Assembly (NCBI GenBank): GCA_000934665.2
Contig: KZ538248.1
Coordinates: 1 to 64,000, forward strand
Reading direction: 5' to 3'
Origin: Catajapyx aquilonaris
Lineage: Eukaryota
DNA: 64,000 bases
This document shows, piece after piece, positions 12,577-25,500 of this stretch. Position 1 is the first letter of the stretch; each line of letters opens with the position of its first letter. The notes under the pieces are model-generated. The model was not told where the DNA came from. It was given only the letters and a program-made list of their open reading frames with translations, and searched no databases. Made by a program: the position numbers and the translations under genes.

Positions 12577-15500
12577 TATCCCGCGTGTGAATTGGATCTC
12601 GCCTCACGCACCTCGGGGCGATTAAATTAACTTGAGGGTCCCCCCTCTCTTACCACCCGGGTCCTAAGCAAGACGCTGTCCGGAATTAATTCGGTGGCAA
12701 GTTGGGAGAGGGGGGGCAGGTGGAGATTCCGGAGGCAAGTGGCTGGTCCATACAGTTCGGAGGGGTCATCTGGGGAAGGGGAGCGAAAGTGTCGCCTCCC
12801 ACAGGATTCGTGTGGGACATTGGAATGGGGCCTAAACGGAATCCGCGGATCGTTCCGGTTGATTAGGTCCAGCAAGCATTCCTGTCGCGCAGGTGAGGCT
12901 CGTAGGTGTTGCATTGGATAGAATGCTGAGCAGGCGTGGGGAAGAGAGGGGCATAAAGAAGGAATTCTATGAGGAATTCTATATTGGGGGGGAATTTTTG
13001 GCTCGTCTCTAATGTCTGGCAGTTGAAACTGGTTGAGGTAAACATCTTGAGTGAGGCAGAAAGTTGAGATTGGGGAGTAGAAAATTAGAGGTACATGGTA
13101 GTTGAATTTACATGCACGAGGCACAGTCTGGGGCTGGTGGAAAATCGGATTTTCTTTCTGAACTACTTATAAATGATTTGGGTTCTTCTGGGAGTTGTGC
13201 ATTCAGGTCGGTACTGTACAGTTTGGGGGGTAGTAACGGTGCTGAATATTGATAAGCGTAGTATGTACTGCAAGCAAACATGCCATAACGTAACTCTCGG
13301 GAGTGTTAACGGGGTCAAAGGATGCATATACGGCTTTCTTTGTTTCATGGTCTGCATGCGATATGTTTTGTACAATAGGCGGGTCCGGAGCTACCGAGTG
13401 CGAAATTTTGGCCCAAGTTGCAACGAAGAGTAATTCAGGCGGCCAGGTGTTTCGCGCATATATCATATATGCAAGCCAAAAGTTTTCCAGATGGAGTTGC
13501 AAAAGCGAGGGAGGGAAGAATTCATGCTAATGCAAACATCTGGTCCGAATTTGTGCTGCGGTATGGTAATTGGGCCGTTTGAAAAATTAACATACTGTGC
13601 GCTGCTGCTAACAAATTTGGCATAATACAGTGGTTATTGCCAGTTTCTGCTGGGCGAATATGGAAGCCCGTGGTTTCGGAGACAGCATTATGGGTAAATG
13701 GAATCGAGGTACGGACAGGCCTAATTTTATATGGTTTAGAGCCAGGCGATATCCAGGAATAATTATCCGGCGGGTTTCCTTTCGGGTGGAAAACCTTTTG
13801 CTAACCTCAGCACCGCTTTTCACGCCGGCTCGTATTGGCTGCAATTAGCTTCAAAGTCACCGCAATTTCCATGGCGACCCGCCCCGTTTAAGATTAGTGG
13901 CAATTGTCGTCGGCGACTTTTGGTAGGGCGGTAGGGAGGGAGGGGGGGATGGCCACTTTATTCCGACGTCGTCTGCTCCATTTGTCTCGTGGTAAAGCAT
14001 TGTCGTTCGTTCTGCAGGGCTGACTTCTGCGGAAACGGAGTTTCACGGCCTTTGTTACGAGATGAGGTAGTGTGTGTTGCGGGCGTTGCAGGATGAGCCG
14101 GTACGAAAAGCCGTGTGTGTATTTTTTACGTGTTTATGTTGCACGCAGGAATGCTTCGAGCTTGCTAACAATAACAGGTGTACGTGTCTGTGCACACTGT
14201 TCCGGTTGATGAATTGCGTATGAATATGCTACCCGCTGCACTACTGTACCGTATATGAAATGTAGGATTTATTTTTATAATTGTTCTGAAACAACAGGTT
14301 AATGTTGCTTTTATTACGTTATTTCATCGAATGTAATGCTGCCCACGCGTAAGTTATATAGAGTCCAGCCTGGTATTCATACTTTGCAGATTACGTTTCA
14401 CATTGTAATTAAGTGTCACAGTGCACGATTCATCCGTGTAATGAATTCGGGCAGAATGACGGACTTTACATGTAATTATACTCGACGTATTATAATTGCG
14501 GAATAGGATTGTTGCGAGTTATAATTGAAAAGGTTCCTTTGACTGACATGGCAGCTTACAAGGAACTGTAACTGTCCAAAGTTTAAGCCTGCTTGACTTT
14601 TGTAGTTAGCTCGTCGCCTGCGGGCTTTCACCGTACAGTACATCGCCAGCAAAGTGGTCACACGTTGCGAACAGTTGTAATCCATCTTGAAAAGCAGCAT
14701 GGGCCGTCGATTCCGACATCATTGAAGGCAGACGTGAAAAATTGAGATGAAGCAGTTCAAATCATCCATCACTTCTCATGCGTGACGAAGTTGCTGGGAG
14801 ACTCCCACGCGACATTCTCAGACCAGGTTTGGAATTACAGGAATTCCTCAGCACCGGCGCTCGGAGGAAATTCCATGCACATTACGTGGGAAAACAGAAG
14901 ACCTGAGGTGTACACCTTGGGTACGACTGGTGCGTGTCATTTACCCATCAACAATTTGGAATTGATGAACATGAGCCTACAATGTGTCTGTTCAATTCGG
15001 AGATTTATTTGTTTGTTTACATATTATTTGATTACTGCTGGGTGACTTGCCAGCATAATGTCAGTGGGTGTGTGCTTCAGTAGTGGGTGTGGTTATGGCT
15101 TGGCTTAACCTTCGCATTTTAATGTTAATATAAAAATGCGCGTTTTATGAGCAGTGGGACACGTCATATACCCTGATGCCAAAGATATCAAAAGAGGGAT
15201 GCTCATTAGGTATGAACTCTATTTGAGGCTTGCCCAGGAAGGAGACGCTGATGAAATGACAGGGGTTAGGTACCGAAATAAGTTCGTCTGGGATTTGGAC
15301 TCGATTCCGAACCAATGGGAGGTCAATAAGAGATGGAAGACAAGTAGACAACGCCATGACAGGCGGTGCCAACCATCACTCTTTTTTTTTCTTCTTAAGC
15401 CGTCCATTGTGTGGCAGGTGATGCTTTGCTTTTTGACACTGACGTCACAAATTGGCTGCAAGTACTGGTCGTCACCTATAGAGTTCGAACCAGTCTGGTC

Positions 15501-15582
15501 GTTGAAGAGATCTGAACCTCACTTATTTGTTTTGGGTGGTATAACTCAGGTGTTTTTTTTTGTTGGTCAATTGTCTGCAATC

Positions 15583-15678
15583 ATGCCGGCGCAGGAACCT
15601 CAGCACGCTTTGGTGATGAATTACCTGGTGATCATCCTACTGTTGATTGTGCTTTACCTCTTGTGGATTTCCCTGTAG
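15583..15678 (+). CDS. scl: Sarcolamban-like micropeptide, copy 2 (complete, 31 aa)
   Basis: MPAQEPQHALVMNYLVIILLLIVLYLLWISL* aligns without gaps to copies 1 and 3 from NYL onward. A donor GG|GTAAGC lies at 15712, 33 nt after the stop. Confidence 0.8.
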   Translation: MPAQEPQHALVMNYLVIILLLIVLYLLWISL

Positions 15679-18421
15679 GAGGTCATGCCACAAGAGGAGC
15701 TTGTTATGCGGGTAAGCTCTATGTTTGAATAGTTACAGTGTCGACCAGGAGTTGATCGGATTAACAGTAACCGATTCATTTCCAGTGCTAATACCTGATT
15801 CATTATGGAGTCAGCAAGTTTTTGTTCTTCGTGACCTATAACCGCCACATTTAAAGGAAAAAAGGGGACGATTGATCTTTGTGACGATAGCGGTGGCTTT
15901 GCAGAATAATGGTGGGCCAATACCACTGGTACCATGGTTTTACGACCGCACATTTTATGCAAGGTGTGATTAGGCTGACTTTTTTTTGGGCAGTGATCGA
16001 ACATTTGTGTGCTCATGACCGATAAATGGCCGATCGATTTTTGGCTGTAAAATTGAACAGGTCGAAATAGAGGTCGGATAGAGACATTGCAATTTTTACT
16101 GGTTTAAATTATCTACATGACAGTTCAGTGTTGTAAAGGGAGGTTACTTTTGGAAAGCTTGCAATTCTCTGGCTATGGCTGCAGGGAAATGAGGGGACAT
16201 ATGCCTGCATAATGGTGACAGACCATTTGGAGAGAGAGAGAAAAAAAACGGTGTGCTCAGCAGGTTTATTGGCTGGTTGGGCAACCCAGGTCAAAATGTC
16301 GTCCGACATTGTAGAAAAGGTCATAGCAATTGCCCCACTTTTCCAGCAGGGGGACCTTCCCGGATTGGATCCGGCGTCTCAATTATGCGCCTAAGTACAC
16401 GTAATTAAGTTAATTGAACCGCCAGGGGTAATGGAGGGTTGGTCCATTGGGGTGAAAAAATGGCAAGGAGTCTTTGGTTAGCGTTTCCTTGGCGTTGGTC
16501 CGGACACCATTTTGGCTGGCAGGCCGAATTTGAAGAAAAAAAAAAGTATGGATACGTATAACTTGGCTTGACATACTTGATTAATGAGTTTAGGCTGGCT
16601 GTTCCGCCTAAAATTAGCTGTTTGGCAAGGGGTTTGACGCGTGGAGTTACCGTGATTGCCAAGTGTAGAATTATCTGATAGTGTTAATTTGCATTAATTT
16701 TGGAAGCCAGGTATATATTTTTTGGGCAAAAAAAAAGAGACTTGGGCTTATCTGTGTGGACATGCGAAACGAGGGGTTTGGTGTGATTCGGATGTGGATA
16801 AGCAGGCAGGGAATAAATTCAACGGGACGTTAATGATTCTTTTATGCTGGGTGCTGGAGAGATTGGCTTTACCTTTCCTGGAGATATGTTCTCGTCAGTA
16901 ATTTGGGTTACGGTTGTAAATGCAGCTGGTGCACTGAATTTATTTTTATGAATGGTCGGAGTAGAAAATGGATGGCGATAAAACCGTGCCATTATGCCGT
17001 TCTGAACTGGGTACTTTCGATATGCTCTATGCATTGGGGGGGGAGGGGGGGGAGCTAATTATTTAAGAAAGGGGGGGTTTTGAAAATGTGTCACGGTTTA
17101 AGGGAAATCGATAGCTGGATGTTTACTGTCTGGGGTAATACGGGGGGGCGAATTATAAATTTTGCCTGGAAGCATCGGTGCCATTTTTTGGCGTGTATAT
17201 TACTACAGTAATTTTATGGCCTACAGCGGACAAGGGGGGGGGGGGGGCAAAATTAGTTTCGTAGGGTACTGTTCGTAGGCTGTAAATATTGCATTAGGAT
17301 TGTGCGCTGGGTAAGGCAACAGTGCTTAATTGATGAAATGGATGATCAAATTTGAAATGGTTACAATCCCCGAGGCGTTTTCTAACGCCTCTTCAACTGG
17401 TGTAGGATAACATGGAGTCAGTCAGTTGACCTAATTATTGTAAAGGTCACTTTTATCGATAACTACCTAACTAGCCTCTTCGACCTCATTACCTGTGGTC
17501 GCTCTTAATGGGATTTGTGTTAGGTACTTGGGTCAAGGCAAGGTATAAATCAATTTGGTTGACTTGTTTGCCAAGCAGTGTGTACAGGGGCTCCTGTAAC
17601 GGAGGTTAGGATCAATAGATCTTCCTCATCGCAGCCAACAGAGACAAAGGCCTAAAATGGCCCCGGGGCGATTTTTAATCAGGCCTCAGCGTCTAAAACC
17701 ATTGTCGTAAACTTTGGGAGAATCTATTCCTGGATGAGTTGGCACAAGCCGATTTCGCGAAAGCATTGCTCCAGATGTCGGTCCCCAGAATGGACGCCAC
17801 CCACTTTGGCACAACCCATTCGAAAGATCCATTTTTTATTTTAGCAATGCAAATTTCCAGATGGTAGTAAAGGGAAGGATTTTTTTTTTTTACAGTGTAG
17901 ATAGACCGCGATTACGGACAAAATTCGCATAAAACTTCATCACCTCTCCAAAAAACTGCATGGGTTGAAAAATGGGGAGAGCCATGTTGAGTTTTGAACC
18001 TTAGGGATTCGAACCATATTTTCAGGGGAAATCAGGTAAAGTACGCCAATTTAGACGATCAGGCGCTAGGCGCGACGGATTTACTGCGTAATCTGGGGAC
18101 GGGATTTGATGCATGATCGTATTTTTTCTTCTCTTCAGGCCCTTTTTTTCCACCCCTCGCGATTGATTGGACGAGACGCTGTAAATCTTGAAGACATTGT
18201 TCGTTACTGGTGCACCTGCTTCCAAGGAGGAGAAGGAAATGCATGAGTCTGCGATTTTGAATGCTGATAGACTCAATCACGAGGTAGTAGGATTATGAAT
18301 GTATACAGATGATGGATCTGATGAATATTGGCAATTTACCGCAACTTGGGTGACATATTGGGAAACGTGCATCGGTTGGCAATGTCGCTGTTTTTTTCAT
18401 GTGAATAGCAGTTATTCTGTA

Positions 18422-18858
18422 CAGTGTTGGATATTAATCGAGTCATACTGCTTGCGACATTTTGTGATGCGGCAGAACTGCCGTCAGATATGAGAAGACC
18501 GTAACTCAATGTCCACTTCCCCTTGCGGCGAGAAAAAAGCAGTGGTACCAAAAGCACCCGACAGGTGCAGTTGGGATGCCGTTCCTTTTTTCCCCCTTCC
18601 CTCAACGCCACCTCTTGGCTGCTTTCGGTAACACTTGCTTTCTTTTCTCGCCGCAAGGGAAGTGGATAATGAGTTACGGTCCTCTCACATCTGACGGCAG
18701 AGAAGTGCATCGAAGCCGTTCGAGTAAGCGTAAGTAGGCCTTGGGTGACGTCACCCAAGGGCTACCATTTCTTACTCGCACGGCTGGCACTTCAGTTTGC
18801 ACGTCTGCCGCATCGGAAAATGTCGCTAGCAGTATTACGGAATCAATGTCCACCACTG
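18422..18858. mobile_element. MITE family A (Tc1/mariner-like, TA TSD), interrupted by a nested element
   Basis: TA|CAGTGTTGGATATTAATCG ... CAATGTCCACCACTG|TA, homologous to the copies at 30272, 43191 and 44832. Confidence 0.85.
18478..18700. mobile_element. Nested non-autonomous DNA transposon with a 4-bp TSD (AGAA)
   Basis: Inverted arms of about 58 bp, CTGCCGTCAGAT.TGAGA.GACCGTAACTCA ... TGAGTTACGGTC.TCTCA.ATCTGACGGCAG. AGAA occurs at 18474-18477 and 18701-18704. Removing the insert restores the family A sequence. Confidence 0.85.
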
Positions 18859-19421
18859 TACCAATAGGGCACAGTCATTCCACAACAGTTGAAACAATTT
18901 GGTTTAATCGGAGCTTGCAATCATATCGGTCCCATGTCGAAAATAATTCCCAAGCCCCCCAGGGTAGCAAGCGTCTCCAATGGTCACTTTATCCTTGACA
19001 TGCTTTTAAATTATCCAATAACATCGGAGGGGGGGTGGAAATGATATGAAAGATTAATGGCATATTCCGAGGGATTAAACTGCTGGCCAGTGTGATACCA
19101 ACCCTGGAGTACCGCCAGTAAATTTGCTTTCGGATCACATTAATCCTTCTGCAGGAGTGATTCTTAATTAATGAACTCCTCTTGGATTTAGATCTGCAAG
19201 TTTTTTCCCTCCCATGAACCCAGGTCACATAGTATCCCGGGTCCAGGGTTTATCGTCAGCCATCATTATTATTTTGGCAGGATCCACTCGAATCATTGGC
19301 CAGGGATTATCTGACGTGTGACTTGAAATAGTGCTGGGCAAAAGTTAAGGCACCACTTAACGGCCCTCCTTGAATGGTTTATAGCTCGGCGGGGAAGAAA
19401 CTAGGGGGAAGCTTTATTTCC

Positions 19422-19532
19422 TATATAAAGCAGGCGGAATGCGGTCATAGACGTCTCTAGCGACGCTGTCAGACGCGATTAACACGACGACGCAGCGTTC
19501 GGGAGGAGCAGAACCCCCCCATTTCGAGTAGG
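19422..19532 (+). promoter_or_regulatory. Candidate TATA promoter and non-coding first exon, possibly of sarcolamban copy 3
   Basis: TATATAAAG at 19422-19430, then about 80 nt of CpG-rich ATG-free sequence ending in the donor-like AGG|GTGAGA at 19533. Confidence 0.35.
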
Positions 19533-22500
19533 GTGAGATACGTGGGTTTTCCATCCTCTTGGCTGTTCGATAATAAATTATGGAGTCCGCATCTTGTGCT
19601 ATACGGGGCTATCTTGCCAAATCCTCTTCACCTCGGACCCCAATCAGTGTAATGGAGCTTGAAAAAACCGGGTTGAAACCCGCCTTTTCTTATAGGTACA
19701 CAAAGGAGCGCGCGTTTTATGAAGGGTTGTAAAGAAGTTGGTTTACGAGGCGGACAGAGTTTGCGGGTTTAAAAGATTCGGTTGGTCTCTTTGGAGGGTT
19801 AATTGGGCTTAATGTGGCACCGCAATAATGGTGATTGCTGGTGGGCAAAAAAAAATTATTTTGCTGTGCAGAACAGTTATTGACAAAGTTGTATACGTGC
19901 AAAGTGGGGGATTATCCTGTGTGAAATGCTGTGTATAATTGGGGATTTTTCAGTAATTTTTGTTGTTGATAAAACTGAGTTGATTTCTTCGCGGGGAGGT
20001 CGTTAGGTTAATTGCATTTAACGTGCCTGCACAATAATGGCTGATTACGGCAACAACAAATATTGAACTCGCTTGTTTGCGCCATTACTTTGCCGCACCA
20101 TTGCGATGGGTTCCAAAATTTTGATCGTAGATTTTTGACTGTGGAAGTATCAGAGGTATTCAGGGAGCGGTCATATTCACACAGGCCAACATATTAGACA
20201 TAATTGCATCACATCTGTTGGCGCAAAAAAAAGTGCCCGGTATAGGCAGAGGGCGAAATTGGCCAAAATCGGAACCGTTTATGCCGACCACATGTGAAAG
20301 CGGCTTGCTGTAGTTGATTAACATTGACAACACTACCTGCAAATTATATGGCGGCGGGAGTGATTTTACATGCTGGTAAATCGCATCTCCAAAGTGACGT
20401 ACCCCTCATAATTACCGTGGCTTACATTAGCAATGTCTTTATTGCGTTATAATGTCCACAGATGCTGTTTCATGGGAGGATCATTAATGGCATATTCCGA
20501 ATGTGCTAACTGGTTTATAAGCAGTGAGTGGAGCGAGTGATGGGGGTGTTGTAATTATGGAGAGATATGTTGGGTTATCATTATGGAGGTTTATTTACTT
20601 GGAAATGAATGGTTGTATTATTTGGGATGGCGATGAAATTGATTGTTAACAATGTATGGTCTCATGCTTGATTAAATTTGGTTATGTTCGGTGTTGAAAC
20701 TGCAAATTTCATTTTGATGTAGGACTGTACGGCATGGTGTTTATTACAGTGCTGATTAACTTGCGTCTTCCTTCATCTCTGACTACCCCTTATAGGGAAA
20801 TGTCGTGATGGTATTGTTGTTGTTTACAGTGCTGGTTCATGGACATTATGAAACTGTGGATAAGAGTTTTACCCTAGAAATACAGTTCTGGCCGTATCTT
20901 CTAGGCAGGGATATGTGTAGTACAGACTCGAGTGCATTTGGTGATTGGATGGTCCCTCATAAATAGAGTTTAAACATCCAAATCCTTCCGTCGAAGCCCT
21001 GCCACGAGGGTAACGCAAAGCCACAATGTTGTACGACCTTTGTAAACATTGACAATGCGACGGATTTAACGAGTCGGACACAAACCTGTAATCAAATCAT
21101 TCGAATGGGGTCGTCGATTTGGAAAATGTTAAGTGCACTTGAGCGCCAAGCGGTGACATCCCCCCTACCCGCACTCAACGCCCTCTAGGCATTGTTTTGG
21201 CACTGCGAATGTCGTCTTGAAACATCGCCTAATTGGCTGACGGTCCACTCAAATGGCGGTGAACATGTCATAGGGTAGGGACCCAAGATCAATTCGTTCA
21301 ATTTGTTGTGTAAACAGTGTGTATGTACAGTATAGCCCAAATTATATCGACAAATCTTTCAATTTATGAGGAGACTAGTTCCTCCTCCCATCCACCAGAG
21401 GCGCTGCCTGTGCCCATTGCGCAGTCGCAGAAGGGGGCCGATCCTTGGTCATACAAAGAACTCGTAATTTGGATCAGCTTACGTTCAGCCTATTCAAGAC
21501 TGTCCTTAGGTCCAGTTTCTCCTTCGCTCTTGTATATATAATGGGGAAGTGGACCGAGCTTTGCATCTTTGTCTCCAAGATCTCATCGTAGCCGGACCAC
21601 TTGGCATCAGATTGTTAATACCGTCTTCCTAATGAGTGCCACTACAATGCAATTACCTTCTCAGATTGCTCCCACTCGAAATGCTGCGAACAAAGGCCCC
21701 CTTGGTGTTCTACGTGGAAGCTGACTATAGGAAAATCACACAATTGAGCTGGACGAGAGTTGATTAGACGCGGCGCAAGCAAAGGGGAGGATGAGTTTCC
21801 TCCAAAGTCCTGCTTCTGGTGTTGCCTAAAAGCCAAGAGATTTCTCCTTCCTGGCGCTTCCGTCATGCATGGGAATGAAGGATGCTTTCCGGGGCTGGAG
21901 CACCCTCAAAATGCGACGTGGAGGAATTGACAACAGAGGATCCTCCCGCGGGAATGTCAACAAGATGTGCACTGCCTGCCTTCTACAATGCGTAAGCCGG
22001 ATCGTAGTCTCATTTTGCGAGACTATTTCTGGCCGTGTCCTAGCACACCGTATGGGCTTTTTTGTATGGAGCATATCCTCCGATGTGAGTTTGTGTTGGA
22101 GGTTTTCCAACCGGAGCGTATTTATACAGCGTTTCCTTAGGAGTCTGTGAATATGGGCACTATGCAGATCCCAAATATCGTGCTGTAAAAAAAAATATCT
22201 TCGTAGACTCACCTAAATATGTCCCATTCCAAACAAAACTGGAAGACACTGAAGCCGCTAATAATTGGCCAATCTTTTACGACTTCAGCAAATGAACGAA
22301 CGTGGTGGCTGCAGTTTGAGTTCGTGGCTGAAAATCAGGATTACATGCTCTTCATGTATATAAGCAGATTTGTAGGCATTAGCATGCTTTTAATGTTTTG
22401 CACGTCCGCTCACGTTCCTTTGTGGAGGGTATTCGCGAGGTTTCAGCAGAAGCAGTTCTAGAGTGACAAGTAATGTTCCGATTCGTGCAGTGAACCACGA

Positions 22501-25500
22501 ATATGCCTAGTCCACATGAAAGGAGGCTTATAGCTCATTTACAGGATCAAGCTAGGAACTCCAATATTGAGGTGATGTAACGTCACAAATGTGGCGAGTG
22601 ACGCGAATGCTGATACTCGATCTGGGTACAAGATTATGAAAGGGATGGGACCGTAATTGTCAAGGGAATTGTGTCAGTAATGCTTTTGGTGGTCGTGTTA
22701 AATAATGCCCATGTCACCCAGAGCAAAAAAGCAGACCAAAATTTGCACAAATCCAGTTTCGATATGTTGACGTTACGTCCAATGACAGCATCATTACTGT
22801 GACATTGGATTTGTGCAGTTTGGCATACGTGGGGGCTTGGATGTGTTCCAATTTGATACGACTGGTTATTGCATTGTCGATGACCATACCACATGATAGT
22901 TGCAAATGATTAGGAATTTTGACAATTTGCTGAATTTCATTTAAGAAACCGCCAAAAATACCTGGCCATAAACAAGAAGGGCGGTAAAATTAGCAGGTTG
23001 TTGTTCATATCTTGAGACCTTGACTAGTGTGGAAAGGTCCTTGTCGGGTTTGGCAAACCCCAAGAGCTGACGATTTGTCTTAAAAAGTTTTCTGCTGCGT
23101 GGGTTTCTGGTTCAACGTGTGGGTGGACATACGCCCGGCGGAATCAAAAGCATAGTCGTCGGAATTATTGCGTTTAGCCCTGCTCCATAATGCATGATTC
23201 CTGTCTAGGGAAATCGGGGCGTTTGACGAGCGTCCTGAAATTGAGTTTGAAGCTTTTATGTGGACTGATTCGCATTTTGGACGGGGGTGGCATGGGAGTA
23301 AGCTCCCTATAGAAACTTTTAGAGGGAAAGTAGTTGCGCCGAGAGTTCGTAGTTGTATGAAATAAAAGGATACGTTTATAGCCATGTGATAAAGTGGGTT
23401 GTACAGTGTATGGGTTTGTGAGACATGCCCCTGGTTGAGGCTAAACCTCATGTCTTTTTGAGTGGGAGTCAGATCTAAGGAGGATATCCATTACAATGTT
23501 AAGTAACTGGAACATGGACCTAATTCAGGCGCGGATCTGAGCTCAATCGATTGGTTGCAGTCGATATGGACGATGATGAGAGGCGTGGGTTTGACGGGTG
23601 TGAGGCATTAAACTATGTAATTAGACCGCTGGATCCGCCTAATTATGTGGGAATTTGTATGGGTCAGCCATTTTGGGCCACCGGGGAACGGGTGACCGCA
23701 TAACAGTGCGCAGTTTGAGCGAAATTAATTATCATTGGGATTTGGCCATTTACATCAGTGCATTTTTTTTTTTTGAATGGGCCAGTCAAAATGAACGTCT
23801 GCTTGAGCAATCATGCGGTAGATATTTCGTAGGAATGGAACCTATTTGCGGGTTTACGTTGCGAAATGAGGGAATGCCATTGGCTTGCTTGCTGCAACTG
23901 AAAGGGAATAATAATAGGACGGCACCTGTGTGTGATTGCTTCATGGCATGTCAAAGTACATGCTGTACGCAGTTGGCTATTTCTGATGCTCTACAGAAAG
24001 TCACCGCTGCTAATTTGCAGTGAAAGATTGTTATTGCTGCAAGATATATGAACAGGTTCACATTAGTGTTGATCGTGCAGAGACATCTTGAGCTGACCCA
24101 TTTCATTCAGTAATTTATAGGCTAACTTTAGCAATGTCGACTAATGCTTGGCCACCGAGTTTGCCCACGCGACAAACTCGTAGAGAAAGCGTAATCTCAT
24201 TATAGTACTGTCACAAGGGAATGTTCGTGCATGCTAAGTACTTGGTTTCATGCCGTAATTTGTCATCATGCCCTGGGATAATTGTAGCAGTCAACTTCAT
24301 TTCGGTCAGTCAAGATTTTTGTACGTTAATGAGCTTACATGCCCAATCCTCCTACAATAATATGCATTATGAATTATTATTCCGATACCTACGTATGATT
24401 TGTTAAAATGTAAGTTATTTAAAAATGGCGGATAATCACTGCTCCTGCTTGATTTTGCATCTCTGGACTGAAAATGATATCTCGACATCTTGCGCTTGGT
24501 CTGTTGAAACCCTCAATCTTCATAAACGCTGGATGCAACCCGATGCAACTTGTGCTGGCTAAAATTTCTGGAGGTACACGACACTCGAGAACAGAAGCCT
24601 GTAATTACCTTTCATTTCAGGCATAATTATGAGGGTGACACATTTAAGGCGTCTCTTTAATTATTCATAGTCAACCATTAAAAAGGGACGCAAGGGAAGG
24701 TTGGTTTTCCGGCAAGATTGTGCGCTTAATTAGTCAGCGGATGGACCTGCTGTTACTGCATTAGTTTTCCCTAAGACTGAGAAAAGGTATGGGAAACAAC
24801 AAGGTAACGTAGTACCGCATGCGCACTGGGTACTCATTTTCAAGGTGATTTATTGCAAGCAACGCTTGTACTTAACTCGAAGCCGAGCCCTGTAATGAGA
24901 AATGCAGAATTAATGCTTATGGAATTGGACCATTTGCGCCGCGTAAATATTGCGGGGGTTTGCGGAGAAAAACTAATTAGAGCGAATGTTGCCCAGTACA
25001 GAACATGTGTGTTCCAACTGGAGCATACACATTGTACCTCGAGCTGGATTTTTGTGCATATAGCCATATTATTAGCGACATTTTGTTCCAAGTCTAGCAC
25101 TTTGTCGTCACCAGTTAGTATTAATAGAGCTATTTGGCTTCAGGGCACAACCAGGAATACACTGTAGCTTGCGAAGAATGCAAACAAGACATTAAAATGC
25201 GGGTTTCTTGAGAAAGGGGACGTCCCTAGAGGAATTCTTGGCTGGGGAAGAATGAATGGAGGTGGTGTCCGAGAAACACTTAGACACGTTACCGGACCTT
25301 TTAGCTGCCGGGTAATCGATGGCACAAAGGCAAGGTTAGTTCTGCGGGGCAACTAGTCACACCAGCCAAGAACAATGGGTTACAAGGCCGCCCTTAATTA
25401 ATCAAGCGACACAGACACTGATTTACGGGCGGGAGACTTGCCCGCTGCTTCTGTGTAATTAATTCCACAGTTCGTAGTTTACGTTTACGAGCCGTATTTT

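Noticed and set aside
15154..15582. N-terminal extension of copy 2 in the 174-aa ORF
   Set aside because: GTG start and T-run-derived residues. The paralogs indicate initiation at the ATG at 15583.
18336..18998. Recurrent MGDVTQGL / VRVRNGSPWVTS peptides (also at 36496-36881 and 44768-45067)
   Set aside because: Translations of non-coding MITE family A, not a protein family.
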